Shown: positions 42,801-52,422 of the stretch, piece by piece
Numbering within the stretch: the first letter of the stretch is position 1
Layout of the letters: each line of letters opens with the position of its first letter
Assembly: GCA_047285535.1 (NCBI GenBank)
Contig: JBJBDC010000001.1
Span: forward strand, 2,624,136-2,688,135
Direction of reading: 5' to 3'
From: Synechococcus sp.
GTDB taxonomy: Bacteria; Cyanobacteriota; Cyanobacteriia; PCC-6307; Cyanobiaceae
Length of the DNA: 64,000 nt
Notes under the pieces: generated by a model
Databases searched by the model: none
What the model was told of the DNA's origin: nothing
What the model saw: the letters and a program-made list of their open reading frames with translations, nothing else
Program-made: the position numbers and the translations under genes

Positions 42801-43071
42801 TGAGATCGATCTCCTCAGGAGGCTTGGGAGTTGTTGGGGTGGTCGGTGTGACCGTTGGAAGGGTTGAGCTATTGGGAAAGGGTTCGACACCGATTCGGAG
42901 AGAACTCTCATCGTCCTCGGGAAAACTCGCTTGAACTGAAGACTCTTCAGTTATGGCATCGATGCCGTCTTGTTTGACGTCTTGAGGTTGCGAATAGGCG
43001 GGTAAACCTGTCAGCGCAGCTGCAACAGCCAGTGATCCTGCAATCCTGGTGATGGGGCTAAACGCCGACAA
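39871..43071 (-). CDS. DUF3769 / LptD(OstA)-like outer-membrane protein
   Basis: Signal peptide, OstA-like ADRQSFD..AEGNV..LQADRI beta-jellyroll, GFTNDPF, DRDGFFVG, and amphipathic beta-strand C-terminus YYNPYQGIGGFRFRLNDF. Confidence 0.8.
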   Translation of the reverse strand: MSAFSPITRIAGSLAVAAALTGLPAYSQPQDVKQDGIDAITEESSVQASFPEDDESSLRIGVEPFPNSSTLPTVTPTTPTTPKPPEEIDLKADRQSFDARSGVFIAEGNVRAKLRGGVLQADRIEFDSNFNTLFARGSVRLRRGSQYFQASTFRYSLIQNSGELEDVYGVLELDELSQGFGPSSRTERSFSPNNPEEPLPVVESTGLGFPTAIDLELGSTTPRSLSPQGNRNFWDEELLPLNTWTVPTPTEANPQVQQSFEGMACPTPLPPIPDWHPHPWAVTAWGGQMIDSNFGDTFLFNGRLREEYLLGVSMQKRIWRAGPFALELEADLFGHQAFRQQGGEFNQSVPNADTPEQLFGEAIIGLGARLWVQPWLSFGFVEGISYNTSVSNYERTYRENFSQLLNYLAFELEASVSDQLSMVGRIHHRSGAFGTYNGVKEGSNAYLLGLRYRFGKDQMASQVADVPPPLGCPDPDRATRPPLLTLNEKLEEITLGKGGNQPIIPPEPLAQSRFSGMSPAEQETLRAQAIAMIDQRISSIQFQQRLTIERRIGVPGAVNNREIEAENTFGGVRSSQLEALGKTQLVTGQISRWRIQASRVSITPEGWKAERMGFTNDPFTPAQTRIDAEDVIAQEQPNGDILIKSARNRLIVEERLPIPVSRTQRISKEEEVENRWVFGIDNDDRDGFFVGRDLKPIELSDNTILSLQPQLLLQRAIDGETNSYVKPGRSINSGKVSQTTTAGDLFGLEAELISELWGWEVEANADISTFNPNNFMNGSRFWGELRNNVTLPWLGEVKVRGFSAYRFRAFNGSLGETDVYSAFGGFLEKRGAFQLGKLSNSYIWRVGAGNYQAEQFQSENLTDLWRFNFYGSLNSSYRIWSGQPAALTPESAYRYSPVAIVPGLSFNTNINTQLAAFGNGTRQNTISLSGGPTLTLGTFSKPFLDYTQLSVTGGGTLKQGASPFDFDQAIDLGTLGIGLTQQIAGPLILNAGVGLNVDPASEFYGDVIDSNIELRWQRRSYDFGFYYNPYQGIGGFRFRLNDFNFTGTGVPFIPYNPSNELDNRPF

Positions 43072-43164
43072 GAGAAATCAGCAATGGCCGCTGATCTTGC
43101 CATGTGTAAAGGCTTCACGAAGGGATGTTTGACCAGTGCTTGGCGTGACCCTGCCGGCTAGTTA

Positions 43165-43284
43165 TCAATCTTCGAGATCTTTACGACTAGGCGTACGGCT
43201 TGGGTCACTGGCAAGAAAACCAAAGACAAAGATGCCGAGGAAGAAAAAGACGACGGAATAAACCGAAATCTTGAGGGCAAGCAT
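43165..43284 (-). CDS. psbI: Photosystem II reaction center protein I
   Basis: Manual translation [39 protein letters not shown] (39 aa). Not in the ORF track. Confidence 0.97.
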   Translation of the reverse strand: MLALKISVYSVVFFFLGIFVFGFLASDPSRTPSRKDLED

Positions 43285-43345
43285 GGCAACCGACCGGCTT
43301 CTGAAATTTGATAGCCATTCTATGGCGGAATGATGCAATATCAGG

Positions 43346-46300
43346 ATGGAGCAGCGTGTACAAGCCCTGGGATCGGAGTGGATTGAAACGTTTCGATGTC
43401 GGAGTCGCGTTGATCTGCTCTCTGGATGGTGGAGAATTGGAGATCAGCAACGCCGATCGGTACTGATTAATCCATGGGGACGACAACATCGTCCTGATTG
43501 GGCTGAGCGCGGACTTCTCGTTTGGCCTCGAGGTGGCAATTGGTTGCGACTTGAGCAGAACCTCGTTTGCCCTCGGGCTTGGCATCGGGCGAGTGCGTCA
43601 TGCGAGCGACTGGTGCTCAGCTGGTGGGCAGATCAAGTACGCCTTTGGGTCGATGGGGTGCTTGTGCATGAGGGCGATTTGTTCGATACCCGCTGCCGCT
43701 GGGTCCTTCCAGCGGACTGGCGGAAACGATCCAAGTTGCGGATTCAGTTGGAATTACGCAGTCCCTGTCATGACGATGGTGCTCTCGTTCAGAGCCTCTT
43801 GGTGCAGGAACCTCTTAAAGCAGATTGCGACCAGGATGGGGTTTTGCTTCCTGAAGCCCTGGTCCTGGCCTGCACTCATGGAGAGTCCATTCCTGAGGCT
43901 GTTTTGGCGTGCGACCCAAACTCAGCAGAGGCTGTGGCATTGGTAGCTCGCTATTTGGCGACTCGCTCCAGGCCAGCGGGTCAGGTGCATTGGCTGGGGC
44001 ATGCTCATTTGGATCTTGCTTGGCTATGGCCGGTGGCTGATACCTGGCAAGCCGCGGAGAGGACCTTTCGCTCAGCGCTCGACTTGATGGAGCGCTTCCC
44101 GGAGCTTCATTTTTCTCATTCAACCCCGGCCCTCTACTCCTGGATGGAACGCCATCGCCCAGAGCTGCATGACCGTATTCAGCGGGCCAGTCGCCAAGGC
44201 CGTTGGGAGCCGATCAATGGCCCTTGGGTTGAGACCGATTGTGTCTTGATCAGTACGTCGTCATTATCTCGGCAATTCTCTCTCGGACAGGCGGACAGTT
44301 TGAGACGCTTCCCGGAATGGCGTCATGACTTGGCCTGGCTGCCTGACAGTTTTGGTTTCGCTGCCGGACTGCCTGTATTGGCGAATGCCAGCGGTGTGCG
44401 CTGGTTCTGCACACACAAACTGGCCTGGAATGCCGCCAATCGTTTTCCCCATCGCTTATTTCGCTGGCGCAGCCGAGGGAATGCGGAAGTGATGGCTTTG
44501 ATGCTGCCAGGCATCGGTACCGATGGGGATCCTGTTGCGATGGCAGAAGAGCATCGGGATTTTCAGTTCGCTACAGGACTGGCCACAGCGATCTGGTTGC
44601 CCGGGGTTGGTGATCATGGCGGGGGGCCCACTGCAGAGATGTTGGAACAGATGAGGCTTTGGCAGGAACAACCTCAGGCCTTGGCGCAGAAGCCCGGTAC
44701 GTTGCGCTCCTATCTCGATCAATTGGAGCCTGTTTGCTCATCGTTACCGGTCTGGCGGGATGAGCTCTATCTCGAGCTTCATCGGGGTTGCGCGACCAGT
44801 CGGCCTGATCAAAAACGCCATAACCGCAGTCTGGAAAGGCATCTTCGTGAGGCTGAGCTTGCTGCTGCATTGCTTGGGTCTCGTTCCGATCAACTGGTGC
44901 CAGGTCATGAGGAGGCCAGCGATTGGCGCCCCCTGCTGTTCCAGCAATTCCATGACATCCTCCCTGGCACCTCGATCCCTGAGGTGTTTGAACAGGCTGA
45001 ACCGATCTGGCGCGACTCGCGCCGAAAAGCCGTTCGCTGTCGGGACGCATTGTTAGGTCATCTCTTCGCCGCAAAGACCGATGGGTTGGGTTCAGATCCG
45101 CAATGGACTCGATGGACTTGGTGCAGCTTGCAACCCCTTGCGCATTGGTCGCCGTTGTTGCGTCTGCCCAAGGGACACTGGTCCAGTGGTGGGCAGACGC
45201 TTCCCTCGCAGGTTGCAGGCTCGGGAGGGGTCTGGGTTCAATTGCCCCGTTGCGATGGAGTTTGTGCCCTCCCGCTTCAGCGCAGTAGGGAGCCGGTGGG
45301 TTCTCCTCTTTCGATTCGCCAACCGGTGAGCGTGGGGGGAGCTGCGTCGGGTGGTTGGACGTTGAGTAATGGACTGTTGTCTGCGGATGTGAGCATCCAT
45401 GGACTAGTTCAGCTTCGCGATCGGCATGGTGTACCTCAGCTTCGTGAATCCTTGCGATTGTTGCGTTTTGCCGATCGCGGGGAGTTCTGGGATGCATGGG
45501 ATATCGCAGCTGATTACCGCCAACATCCGCTGCAGATGCCTGAGACCTGGGCGGTTGAACTGGTGGAGTCGGGCCCCCTATTGGCCAGGATTGTGCTGCG
45601 AACTGTCTCAGGGCTGAGCAATGTGCGTCTTGATCTGTTGCTGAAGGCCGACGTGCCCTGGCTCGAGGCTCAGATCAGCATCGATTGGCGGCAGACCCAT
45701 GAACTGCTGAGGTTGGAGCTGCCCTTGAAGACTCCCTCTGTTCGTTGGGCCGCAGACACCACGGGCGGAGTGATTGAGCGGCCAGCAGACGTCTTGACAC
45801 CTAGGGAACAAGCACGCTGGGAACTGCCGGTGATTTCTTGGTTGGCAGCTGAGTCGGCTGCTCCAGGAGGTGGTCTTGCGCTTCTTCTGGATGGTCCTCA
45901 GGGTGCTGATGCTAGTTCGGCTCATTTAGGCGTGTCGCTAGTGCGAGGGCCGACTTGGCCTGATCCCTCGGCTGATGCTGGATGCCACAGACACCGGTTG
46001 GCGTTCATGCCTGTGATGAAGGGTTGGGCCCGCAATGCTGTCCCTCAAGCTGCGATTCGATTTCGAGAACCAGGTTGGTGTGGTCCCGTCGCGCTGGACC
46101 ACCGTTGGCAAGCGCTTCCTGCATTGCCAGAAGGACTGATTCCTGTCTCTGTCAAAAAAGCATCCCTAGGGGGTTTAAGCGATGACGCCATTGAGATTGA
46201 AATTTTGAACCCGGGACCATCTCGTCAGCGTTGGTTGCTTGACGAGTGTTGGAGTCTCCGCTCGCTGAACTCCAACGCACGAACCAGTTGCTGGGAGGTT

Positions 46301-46351
46301 CGACCTGGAGAGCTCATGACGTTGATTTTGGAAAGGCATCAATCCTCATGA
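43346..46351 (+). CDS. Alpha-mannosidase (GH38)
   Basis: [50 protein letters not shown]. Confidence 0.92.
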   Translation: MEQRVQALGSEWIETFRCRSRVDLLSGWWRIGDQQRRSVLINPWGRQHRPDWAERGLLVWPRGGNWLRLEQNLVCPRAWHRASASCERLVLSWWADQVRLWVDGVLVHEGDLFDTRCRWVLPADWRKRSKLRIQLELRSPCHDDGALVQSLLVQEPLKADCDQDGVLLPEALVLACTHGESIPEAVLACDPNSAEAVALVARYLATRSRPAGQVHWLGHAHLDLAWLWPVADTWQAAERTFRSALDLMERFPELHFSHSTPALYSWMERHRPELHDRIQRASRQGRWEPINGPWVETDCVLISTSSLSRQFSLGQADSLRRFPEWRHDLAWLPDSFGFAAGLPVLANASGVRWFCTHKLAWNAANRFPHRLFRWRSRGNAEVMALMLPGIGTDGDPVAMAEEHRDFQFATGLATAIWLPGVGDHGGGPTAEMLEQMRLWQEQPQALAQKPGTLRSYLDQLEPVCSSLPVWRDELYLELHRGCATSRPDQKRHNRSLERHLREAELAAALLGSRSDQLVPGHEEASDWRPLLFQQFHDILPGTSIPEVFEQAEPIWRDSRRKAVRCRDALLGHLFAAKTDGLGSDPQWTRWTWCSLQPLAHWSPLLRLPKGHWSSGGQTLPSQVAGSGGVWVQLPRCDGVCALPLQRSREPVGSPLSIRQPVSVGGAASGGWTLSNGLLSADVSIHGLVQLRDRHGVPQLRESLRLLRFADRGEFWDAWDIAADYRQHPLQMPETWAVELVESGPLLARIVLRTVSGLSNVRLDLLLKADVPWLEAQISIDWRQTHELLRLELPLKTPSVRWAADTTGGVIERPADVLTPREQARWELPVISWLAAESAAPGGGLALLLDGPQGADASSAHLGVSLVRGPTWPDPSADAGCHRHRLAFMPVMKGWARNAVPQAAIRFREPGWCGPVALDHRWQALPALPEGLIPVSVKKASLGGLSDDAIEIEILNPGPSRQRWLLDECWSLRSLNSNARTSCWEVRPGELMTLILERHQSS

Positions 46352-46479
46352 TCATCAAATGGATCATCAAGATTTTTGGATGGAGGACCAAAAGCGGTAT
46401 ATACCCCAAATCCTGTTAACCCAAGCAGGGCCGCCAGCACTGCAATCGCCACTGACATAGCCGGGGACGAACTTTCCAT
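46339..46479 (-). CDS. psbN: Photosystem II assembly protein PsbN
   Basis: Manual translation [46 protein letters not shown] (46 aa). Divergent from psbH as usual. Confidence 0.96.
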   Translation of the reverse strand: MESSSPAMSVAIAVLAALLGLTGFGVYTAFGPPSKNLDDPFDDHED

Positions 46480-46564
46480 CACAACTCTCCAAGGTTTCGA
46501 CCCTTTGTAGGGGCGTTGCGCCTAGAGTATCGAGACTTGATTCCATCCGAGACTTAGCGCTTCC

Positions 46565-46771
46565 ATGGCTCAACGCACCCGTCTGGGAGATTTGCTCCGC
46601 CCTTTGAATTCCGAATACGGCAAGGTCGTTCCTGGCTGGGGAACAACTCCCGTCATGGGGATTTTTATGGCCCTATTTCTCGTGTTCCTACTCGTCATTC
46701 TTCAGCTGTACAACAAGTCGCTGATTCTTGAAGGTATCAACGTCAATTGGAATGGCTTGGGCCTGGGCTGA
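46565..46771 (+). CDS. psbH: Photosystem II phosphoprotein PsbH
   Basis: [22 protein letters not shown]. Confidence 0.98.
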   Translation: MAQRTRLGDLLRPLNSEYGKVVPGWGTTPVMGIFMALFLVFLLVILQLYNKSLILEGINVNWNGLGLG

Positions 46772-46780
46772 GATCAGCCA

Positions 46781-47044
46781 ATGAATGTTTTCGGCATTGG
46801 CCTGCCAGAGATGGCCGTCATTGCGGCGGTCGCTCTCTTGGTATTTGGCCCTAAGCGACTTCCTGAGTTTGGTCGAACCCTTGGGAAAACCCTTAAGGGG
46901 TTTCAGTCTGCCTCCAAGGAATTTGAGCGAGAAATTAATAAGGCTATGGCTGATACGGAGCCCGTAGGGGAACAATCCAAAGTGTTGGAATCCATTTCTG
47001 ACGAAGGTACTGTTCCGCCTGGTTCAACGCCCCCAGCTGATTAA
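46781..47044 (+). CDS. tatA: Twin-arginine translocase TatA/E subunit
   Basis: FGIGLPE..LLVFGPKRLPEFGRTLGKTLKGF. Confidence 0.93.
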   Translation: MNVFGIGLPEMAVIAAVALLVFGPKRLPEFGRTLGKTLKGFQSASKEFEREINKAMADTEPVGEQSKVLESISDEGTVPPGSTPPAD

Positions 47045-47048
47045 GTCG

Positions 47049-47672
47049 ATGAATCGTGGCGATCTTCGCCTTGTCGTTGGGCTGGGGAATCCTGGAAATC
47101 GCTATGCCAACACCCGACACAATGTTGGCTTTATGGCTTTAGAGCGATTGGTTGCTCGGGAGGGAGGCAACTTTCGTCTAATGCCCAAGCTTCAGGGCCA
47201 ATTGGCTGATTTGGGTTTAGGTGAATCGCGTCTTCGTTTGTTGATGCCGCAGACCTTCATGAATGAAAGCGGTCGTTCCATACGTGCTGCTTTGGATTGG
47301 TTTGGGTTTGAGGTCAGCCAGCTCTTGGTGCTTGTTGATGACATGGATCTTCCGCTCGGTCGTTTGCGTTTGCGGGCCAGAGGGGGTGCTGGTGGTCATA
47401 ACGGCCTTAAAAGCACCATTCAGCATCTCGGCAATCAGGACTTTGCTCGGTTGCGGATTGGCATCGGTGCACCAGGGCAAAATCCCAGCGAAAGGAGGGA
47501 AAGAACGGTGTCTCACGTCCTTGGAAGTTTCAATCGTGAGGAAGCAGCTTTGCTCGACAGGGTTTTGTTCGAGGTTCTCGATGGCCTGGATCGGATTCAA
47601 CGACAAGGTCTCGACCTTGCGGGGAATCACATCAATGGGCTTCAGCTTGCTCCACTTGAGACTGACGCGTGA
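47049..47672 (+). CDS. pth: Peptidyl-tRNA hydrolase
   Basis: VGLGNPG, TRHNVGF, FMNESG, GGHNGLKS, RLRIGIG. Confidence 0.97.
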   Translation: MNRGDLRLVVGLGNPGNRYANTRHNVGFMALERLVAREGGNFRLMPKLQGQLADLGLGESRLRLLMPQTFMNESGRSIRAALDWFGFEVSQLLVLVDDMDLPLGRLRLRARGGAGGHNGLKSTIQHLGNQDFARLRIGIGAPGQNPSERRERTVSHVLGSFNREEAALLDRVLFEVLDGLDRIQRQGLDLAGNHINGLQLAPLETDA

Positions 47673-47929
47673 TGGCAGCGCTACCTGTAACGACTGCCCA
47701 TCTTCGGGTTCAACGTCAGAGTTTTGTGGATCAATGTCTTGAAGGCGAAGTCCAGGCAGGTGGATTTAATTGGCAGTTCAGTTGGTTTTTCGATCGGGGT
47801 GAACTCAGTGTGGAGCCTTCCCTTGGTCGAGCATTGATTCAAGACGCCTTGCTGCGTTTTCTTGTGAAATCTGACTATGACCTTGAACCTGGAGGGGATT
47901 ACACCTTCACCGTGAGGGCCCGTTTCTGA
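47672..47929 (+). CDS. DUF3146 family protein
   Basis: LPVTTAHLRV..GEVQAGGFNWQFSWFF..PSLGRALI..YDLEPGGDYTF. Confidence 0.8.
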   Translation: MAALPVTTAHLRVQRQSFVDQCLEGEVQAGGFNWQFSWFFDRGELSVEPSLGRALIQDALLRFLVKSDYDLEPGGDYTFTVRARF

Positions 47930-48344
47930 GTGGATCAGGTCCAGGCCAGTGCAAGGTTCGACCGAGATGATCTTCCAGGATCACGAGTGCCGCAATAGCG
48001 TCTAGATCGCCGGATGGGACTCTCAGGCCAGAGGGAATCAACCGTTTTATGCCCTTTGAGGGCCACAGCTGCCAGTAACGCTCTCTGGCTCGAAGGGTAG
48101 TCCCTGTTTCGTCAACGACACGGATCGGTACGTTTGGTGGAAGCTTTTGTTGCCAGATCTGGCTGCTGGTGCCATCTCCGATGACCAGTTCATCAAGAGG
48201 AGATTCATTCATCCAGTCGCAAAGCTGAGCCAGCACTTCAGGGGTGGTCAACACCCTGCCATCGAGCACGATGTTTGTTGAAGTGTCCGCAAGAATCAGC
48301 CCACATTTGCTTCGTCCAGGATCGATGCAAATAACGCGTGTCAT
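47907..48344 (-). CDS. YqgF/RuvX-like RNase H-fold nuclease
   Basis: IDPGRSKCG, VIGDGT, VDETGTT..AR, DAIAA. Confidence 0.85.
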   Translation of the reverse strand: MTRVICIDPGRSKCGLILADTSTNIVLDGRVLTTPEVLAQLCDWMNESPLDELVIGDGTSSQIWQQKLPPNVPIRVVDETGTTLRARERYWQLWPSKGIKRLIPSGLRVPSGDLDAIAALVILEDHLGRTLHWPGPDPLRNGPSR

Positions 48345-49471
48345 CGGCTGAGACGCAGTTCGATGGCGACGGGATCTGCGGTTTCGCTGCTTCGCAGCGC
48401 TACAGCTTCCAATTCCACCCGGCCACCATTGCGTTCGATCAGCTCTTGGCCCAGACGATTGATGGCGTTTCCGTCAAACTGCAGGCCTTGGCTTAGAGAA
48501 CCGCGTCTTTGTACTTCTGCCAGGGTGGATGCGAGGAGCAGGTTAAGGCGGTTGCGCACGGCTTCGGGGGCTTTTTCGTTGCCCGCGAGGGCGGTGCGGG
48601 CTAGCACCTCACCTTCCCTGGCTACCGTGACATTGGGACGGACTTCAGGGAAAGCGTACACAACAGTTTCTCCAAGAAGCACATTGCCAGCTGAACGGAC
48701 GTTGACCACCCAGGTGCCAGGTTTGCGAATCGCTTGTTCCAACCGCTTGATATCCGCCCGTGGAACGAGCAGGATCTGTCGCTCTGCCGGTTGGCCAGGC
48801 AATACCTTTTGATAGGCCTGAAGATTCGCTTCTCTTAATAACTGATCGATGACATCCTTGGCCTGATCGGGGCGATCGAGCTTCAGGGTTGCGGTGGCCA
48901 GAGGTTGCCCGCTGCTGATGGCGACGTTGCCGCGTCGAAGCGCCAGAAGGGTGTCCTCAAGTTGTTTAAGTTCCAATTCGCCACTGCGAATTTGTGAAAG
49001 GACAGCTGCTAGTTCTTGTTCTGTTCGTTGGATTTCTGCATCTTTCGCATTCACTTCTTGGCTTAGTCGCGTCCGCTCAGCTTCTAAAGCTCTTGTTTGC
49101 TCTTTAAGAGGTTGCATGGTGCGACGAAGCTCCCCTGCGCGCTGTTGGGCTTCCGCTAGGTCCTTGCTGGCTTGCAACTGAGCACGGTTGCTTGACTTGA
49201 GGTCGGCACGACTGCTTCGCAATCTGGCTTGCAAATCATTGAGTTCAAATAGGCCAACCCTTAATTGTCGACTGACGAGCAGCAATAAGCCAAGCGAGAG
49301 GACGCTGATCATGCTGCCTGTCAGCACCGTGATCACCACAGCCGTTCGTTTCGGCCTTAGTCCAAGCAAGCTGAGGCGAGCTTTTCCAACCCGTGAGCCA
49401 AGGCGGTCTCCCAGGGTGGAGAGCACACCACCAAGCACGAGCAGGGCGATAAGTAGGAACCAGCCGGTCAC
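48341..49471 (-). CDS. DUF3084 membrane-anchored coiled-coil protein
   Basis: LGDRLGSRVGKARLSLLGLRPKRTA with two hydrophobic segments, followed by a long heptad coiled coil. Confidence 0.82.
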   Translation of the reverse strand: MTGWFLLIALLVLGGVLSTLGDRLGSRVGKARLSLLGLRPKRTAVVITVLTGSMISVLSLGLLLLVSRQLRVGLFELNDLQARLRSSRADLKSSNRAQLQASKDLAEAQQRAGELRRTMQPLKEQTRALEAERTRLSQEVNAKDAEIQRTEQELAAVLSQIRSGELELKQLEDTLLALRRGNVAISSGQPLATATLKLDRPDQAKDVIDQLLREANLQAYQKVLPGQPAERQILLVPRADIKRLEQAIRKPGTWVVNVRSAGNVLLGETVVYAFPEVRPNVTVAREGEVLARTALAGNEKAPEAVRNRLNLLLASTLAEVQRRGSLSQGLQFDGNAINRLGQELIERNGGRVELEAVALRSSETADPVAIELRLSR

Positions 49472-49522
49472 GGAGAGTTAAGAATCAGGGGTCGGATGGG
49501 AGCTCCATCTTCTCCTGCTTGT

Positions 49523-50260
49523 TCAGCTGAAACGCTTGGCGAGAGCGATTGGATCGAGAACGGTGATTTTTTTGCGATCGATGTCAACAAGGCCAGAGGA
49601 CTTGAGATCGCCGAGAAGACGAGTGATGGTCACACGTGTGGAACCAATGGCTTCGGCAATTGCTTGATGTGAAAGGCGTAGATCGATTGTGATTCCACGC
49701 TCTCCAGGCACTCCGAAATCTCGACAGAGTACTAAAAGAAAACTCACCAGTCGGGATGACATATCGCGATGGGTGAGGGTTTCAATCATCGTTTCAGTTT
49801 GAAGAATTCTGCTGGAAAGCCCCTGCAACAACAACAATCCAACACCGGTATCCGCTTCAATAGCCTGTTTCACTGATGTTGCTGGTGCAGTCAACATCTC
49901 CACGCGAGTGAAGGCGATCGAATGATAAAAACGATCTGAGCGGTGGCCTGTGAGCAGAGACAAAACCCCAAATAGACTATTTTCTCGCAACAGGGCAACG
50001 GTGATTTCCTCTCCAGATTCGTAAACCCGCGAGAGGCGGACGGCACCACGACGAATCAAATACACCTTTTCAGCAGGGTCACCTGGAAAAAAGATTGTTT
50101 TTCCACGATCCACCATCTCGCAGTTGGCACCATCGAGCCCGCGAATTACGTCCTGAAGGGTGCGATTGGTTGGACCTGAAGCGGTGCCCAAGATAGTTCC
50201 AACGGTACGGACTGTTGCTGGGGGTGCGTAGCGGCTGAAGCCGCGGCTGACTTCGGCCAT
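49523..50260 (-). CDS. ntcA: Global nitrogen regulator NtcA
   Basis: [58 protein letters not shown]. Confidence 0.98.
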   Translation of the reverse strand: MAEVSRGFSRYAPPATVRTVGTILGTASGPTNRTLQDVIRGLDGANCEMVDRGKTIFFPGDPAEKVYLIRRGAVRLSRVYESGEEITVALLRENSLFGVLSLLTGHRSDRFYHSIAFTRVEMLTAPATSVKQAIEADTGVGLLLLQGLSSRILQTETMIETLTHRDMSSRLVSFLLVLCRDFGVPGERGITIDLRLSHQAIAEAIGSTRVTITRLLGDLKSSGLVDIDRKKITVLDPIALAKRFS

Positions 50261-50281
50261 CTTTCCATCGCGTATGACGAG

Positions 50282-50323
50282 ATGTTATGGATCACTCTTT
50301 CCCGCTCATGTAGCAATGAACAC
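50282..50323 (-). promoter_or_regulatory. NtcA-activated (autoregulatory) promoter of ntcA
   Basis: Minus strand GTG-TTCATTGC-TAC (50323-50310), a 22-nt spacer, then -10 box TAACAT (50287-50282). Matches class II NtcA promoter geometry. Confidence 0.78.
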
Positions 50324-50338
50324 GAAATTCCGCCTTGT

Positions 50339-51064
50339 CTATTGAGTGGAAAGCGCTCTTCTCTGATTCTCCATCAGCTGTCTGAGACCAGGCTCGGCAA
50401 GGTCCAACAATTCATTCAGCTGTTTGCGGCTAAAAGGAGCACCTTCTGCTGTCCCCTGCAGTTCAAGCAATTGCCCCTTTCCGTTCATCACCACATTCAG
50501 ATCCACGTCGGCATGGCTGTCTTCGCTGTAGTCGAGATCGAGAAGTGGGAGGTTGTTGATCACACCAACGGAGACAGCTGCTACCTGGCATTGGACAGGG
50601 TTTGAGTTGAGGACCCCTTGCTGAACAAGCCGATCACAGGCTCGTTGGAGGGCGATCCAGGATCCGCTGATTGCAGCGGTGCGGGTTCCTGCATCCGCTT
50701 GAATGACATCACAATCGATTTTCAATGTGTTCTCGCCAAGAGCCTGCATGTTGATGGCTGCTCGCAAGCTGCGTCCAATCAGCCTTTGAATCTCTTGGGT
50801 TCTTCCACTTAACTTTAAGAGCTCTCGATTTTGGCGCTCCGGCGTGGACCCAGGAAGGAGGCGGTACTCGGCGCTAAGCCACCCCTGGCCTTGATCTTTG
50901 CGCCAGCGAGGCACACCCTCTTGATGGCAAATGCTGCAAAGAACTGCTGTGCGCCCGCTGTGAATGATCACTGAACTGAGGGCGAAGCCCATGGGATCCC
51001 AGTTGATAGAGAACGGGCGAAGGTCTCCAGGCTGACGTCCGTCATTGCGAGGGGTTGCGGTCAT
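50339..51064 (-). CDS. rph: Ribonuclease PH
   Basis: RNDGR, GWLSAEY, SGRTQEIQRLIGRSLRA, DVIQADAGTRTA, DLDYSED, QGTAEG. Confidence 0.97.
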   Translation of the reverse strand: MTATPRNDGRQPGDLRPFSINWDPMGFALSSVIIHSGRTAVLCSICHQEGVPRWRKDQGQGWLSAEYRLLPGSTPERQNRELLKLSGRTQEIQRLIGRSLRAAINMQALGENTLKIDCDVIQADAGTRTAAISGSWIALQRACDRLVQQGVLNSNPVQCQVAAVSVGVINNLPLLDLDYSEDSHADVDLNVVMNGKGQLLELQGTAEGAPFSRKQLNELLDLAEPGLRQLMENQRRALSTQ

Positions 51065-51198
51065 GAGCACAGGATGCGGAAGTGCTTCAAGCCTGTCAGT
51101 TGACTTGCAACACCATAGATAGTGTCAAAAGACTTGTGAATTGGGCTGACGCCGCTAGATTCATCAACATCCGGATTTGCCGGACATCGGCAACTGTG

Positions 51199-51807
51199 AT
51201 GACCGTCAGCCTCAGACCTAACCATCATTCGCGTGAATCACGGAGTGTTGACCACAGGACACTTGAGCAATCAGGGCTTAGGCAACTACCGTCTCTACCT
51301 TCTCGGCCTCACCTGCATTTGGTGGCACCTGAAGGTCAGCTTCAGGTGCATACCGCCTCGTTTCGGGGTAGTTTTTCTGGCGTCTTAAGCCAGGCGCTGC
51401 GTACGGCAGGTCTGGGTAGCAATGTTTTGATCGCTCAGTTCCTTAAGGGTGGTGTGGATCAAGGCCCGCAGAGCAGCCTCACCTTGTGTGATCGCCTTTG
51501 CTGGTTGCGTCCTTCCGTAACGGAGTGTCTATCCGACCCTGCTGCAATTCGCGATGACGAAGTTAAAGATGCGGTTCAAGAGGTTTGGAAGATTTGTAAA
51601 ACCCATCTTTTTGATGGATCACTGGATCAACTCGTTTTGGATGAGATCGGTTTGGCAATCGAGTTGGGATACCTCAAGCATGAGGAGGTGTTGTTCGTGT
51701 TGGAGAAAAGGCCATCAGCCATGGATGTGATCGTGACAGGGCCTGCCATTCCTTCACGGATGATGGAGATGGCTGACCAAGTCACTGAATTGCGTCGAGG
51801 TTTCTAA
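51199..51807 (+). CDS. CobO/BtuR-like cob(I)yrinate adenosyltransferase family protein (divergent P-loop)
   Basis: GQLQVHT, IAQFLKGG, LVLDEI, DVIVTG, ADQVTE. Lacks the canonical GxGKGKT/S motif. Confidence 0.75.
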   Translation: MTVSLRPNHHSRESRSVDHRTLEQSGLRQLPSLPSRPHLHLVAPEGQLQVHTASFRGSFSGVLSQALRTAGLGSNVLIAQFLKGGVDQGPQSSLTLCDRLCWLRPSVTECLSDPAAIRDDEVKDAVQEVWKICKTHLFDGSLDQLVLDEIGLAIELGYLKHEEVLFVLEKRPSAMDVIVTGPAIPSRMMEMADQVTELRRGF

Positions 51808-52400
51808 TGCTTAAGAACGATCGTTGGATTACGGCTCAGGCTGATGCAGGCATGCTGAAGCCGTTTCAATCAGGTTTGGTGCGCCATTTGGATCCTGATC
51901 AAAGTCGCAGACCAGTTCTCAGCTTTGGATGCTCTTCCTATGGCTACGATTTGAGGCTTTCGGACAAGGAGTTTTTGATCTTTCGCCATGTGCCAGGCAC
52001 GATCATGAACCCCAAGCGTTTCAACCCTGACAACCTTGAATCTACGCCCATTTATCATGATGATGATGGGGACTATTTCATTCTTCCAGCTCATTCGTAT
52101 GGCCTAGGCGTTGCTCTTGAAAAAATGCGTGTGCCGTCAAATATCACTGTTATTTGTCTTGGGAAAAGTACTTATGCGCGTTTAGGTATCATCGTGAATA
52201 CAACTCCAGCTGAAGCAGGTTGGGAGGGGCATCTTACCTTGGAGTTCAGCAATAGTTCTGGGGCAGATTGTCGTATTTATGCAAACGAGGGCATCTGCCA
52301 GCTGTTGTTCTTTGAAGGTGATCCATGTGAGACAACCTATAAGGATCGCCAAGGAAAGTATCAGCATCAGCCAGAACGGGTGACTCTGGCCAAGGTCTGA
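51807..52400 (+). CDS. dcd: dCTP deaminase
   Basis: SSYGYDLRL, GKSTYARLG, TPAEAGWEGHLTLE, YKDRQGKYQ. Confidence 0.96.
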   Translation: MLKNDRWITAQADAGMLKPFQSGLVRHLDPDQSRRPVLSFGCSSYGYDLRLSDKEFLIFRHVPGTIMNPKRFNPDNLESTPIYHDDDGDYFILPAHSYGLGVALEKMRVPSNITVICLGKSTYARLGIIVNTTPAEAGWEGHLTLEFSNSSGADCRIYANEGICQLLFFEGDPCETTYKDRQGKYQHQPERVTLAKV

Positions 52401-52422
52401 ATTCAGCACCAGTCTTTAATGC

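Noticed and set aside
44571..45497. 308-aa antisense ORF inside the alpha-mannosidase (also 59420-60220 in ictB and 61088-61768 in the FIST gene)
   Set aside because: Shadow or alternate-frame ORFs fully overlapping well-supported genes, with no motifs.
46367..46573. 68-aa ORF from the ORF track at the psbN position
   Set aside because: Wrong frame. The real psbN is 46339-46479.
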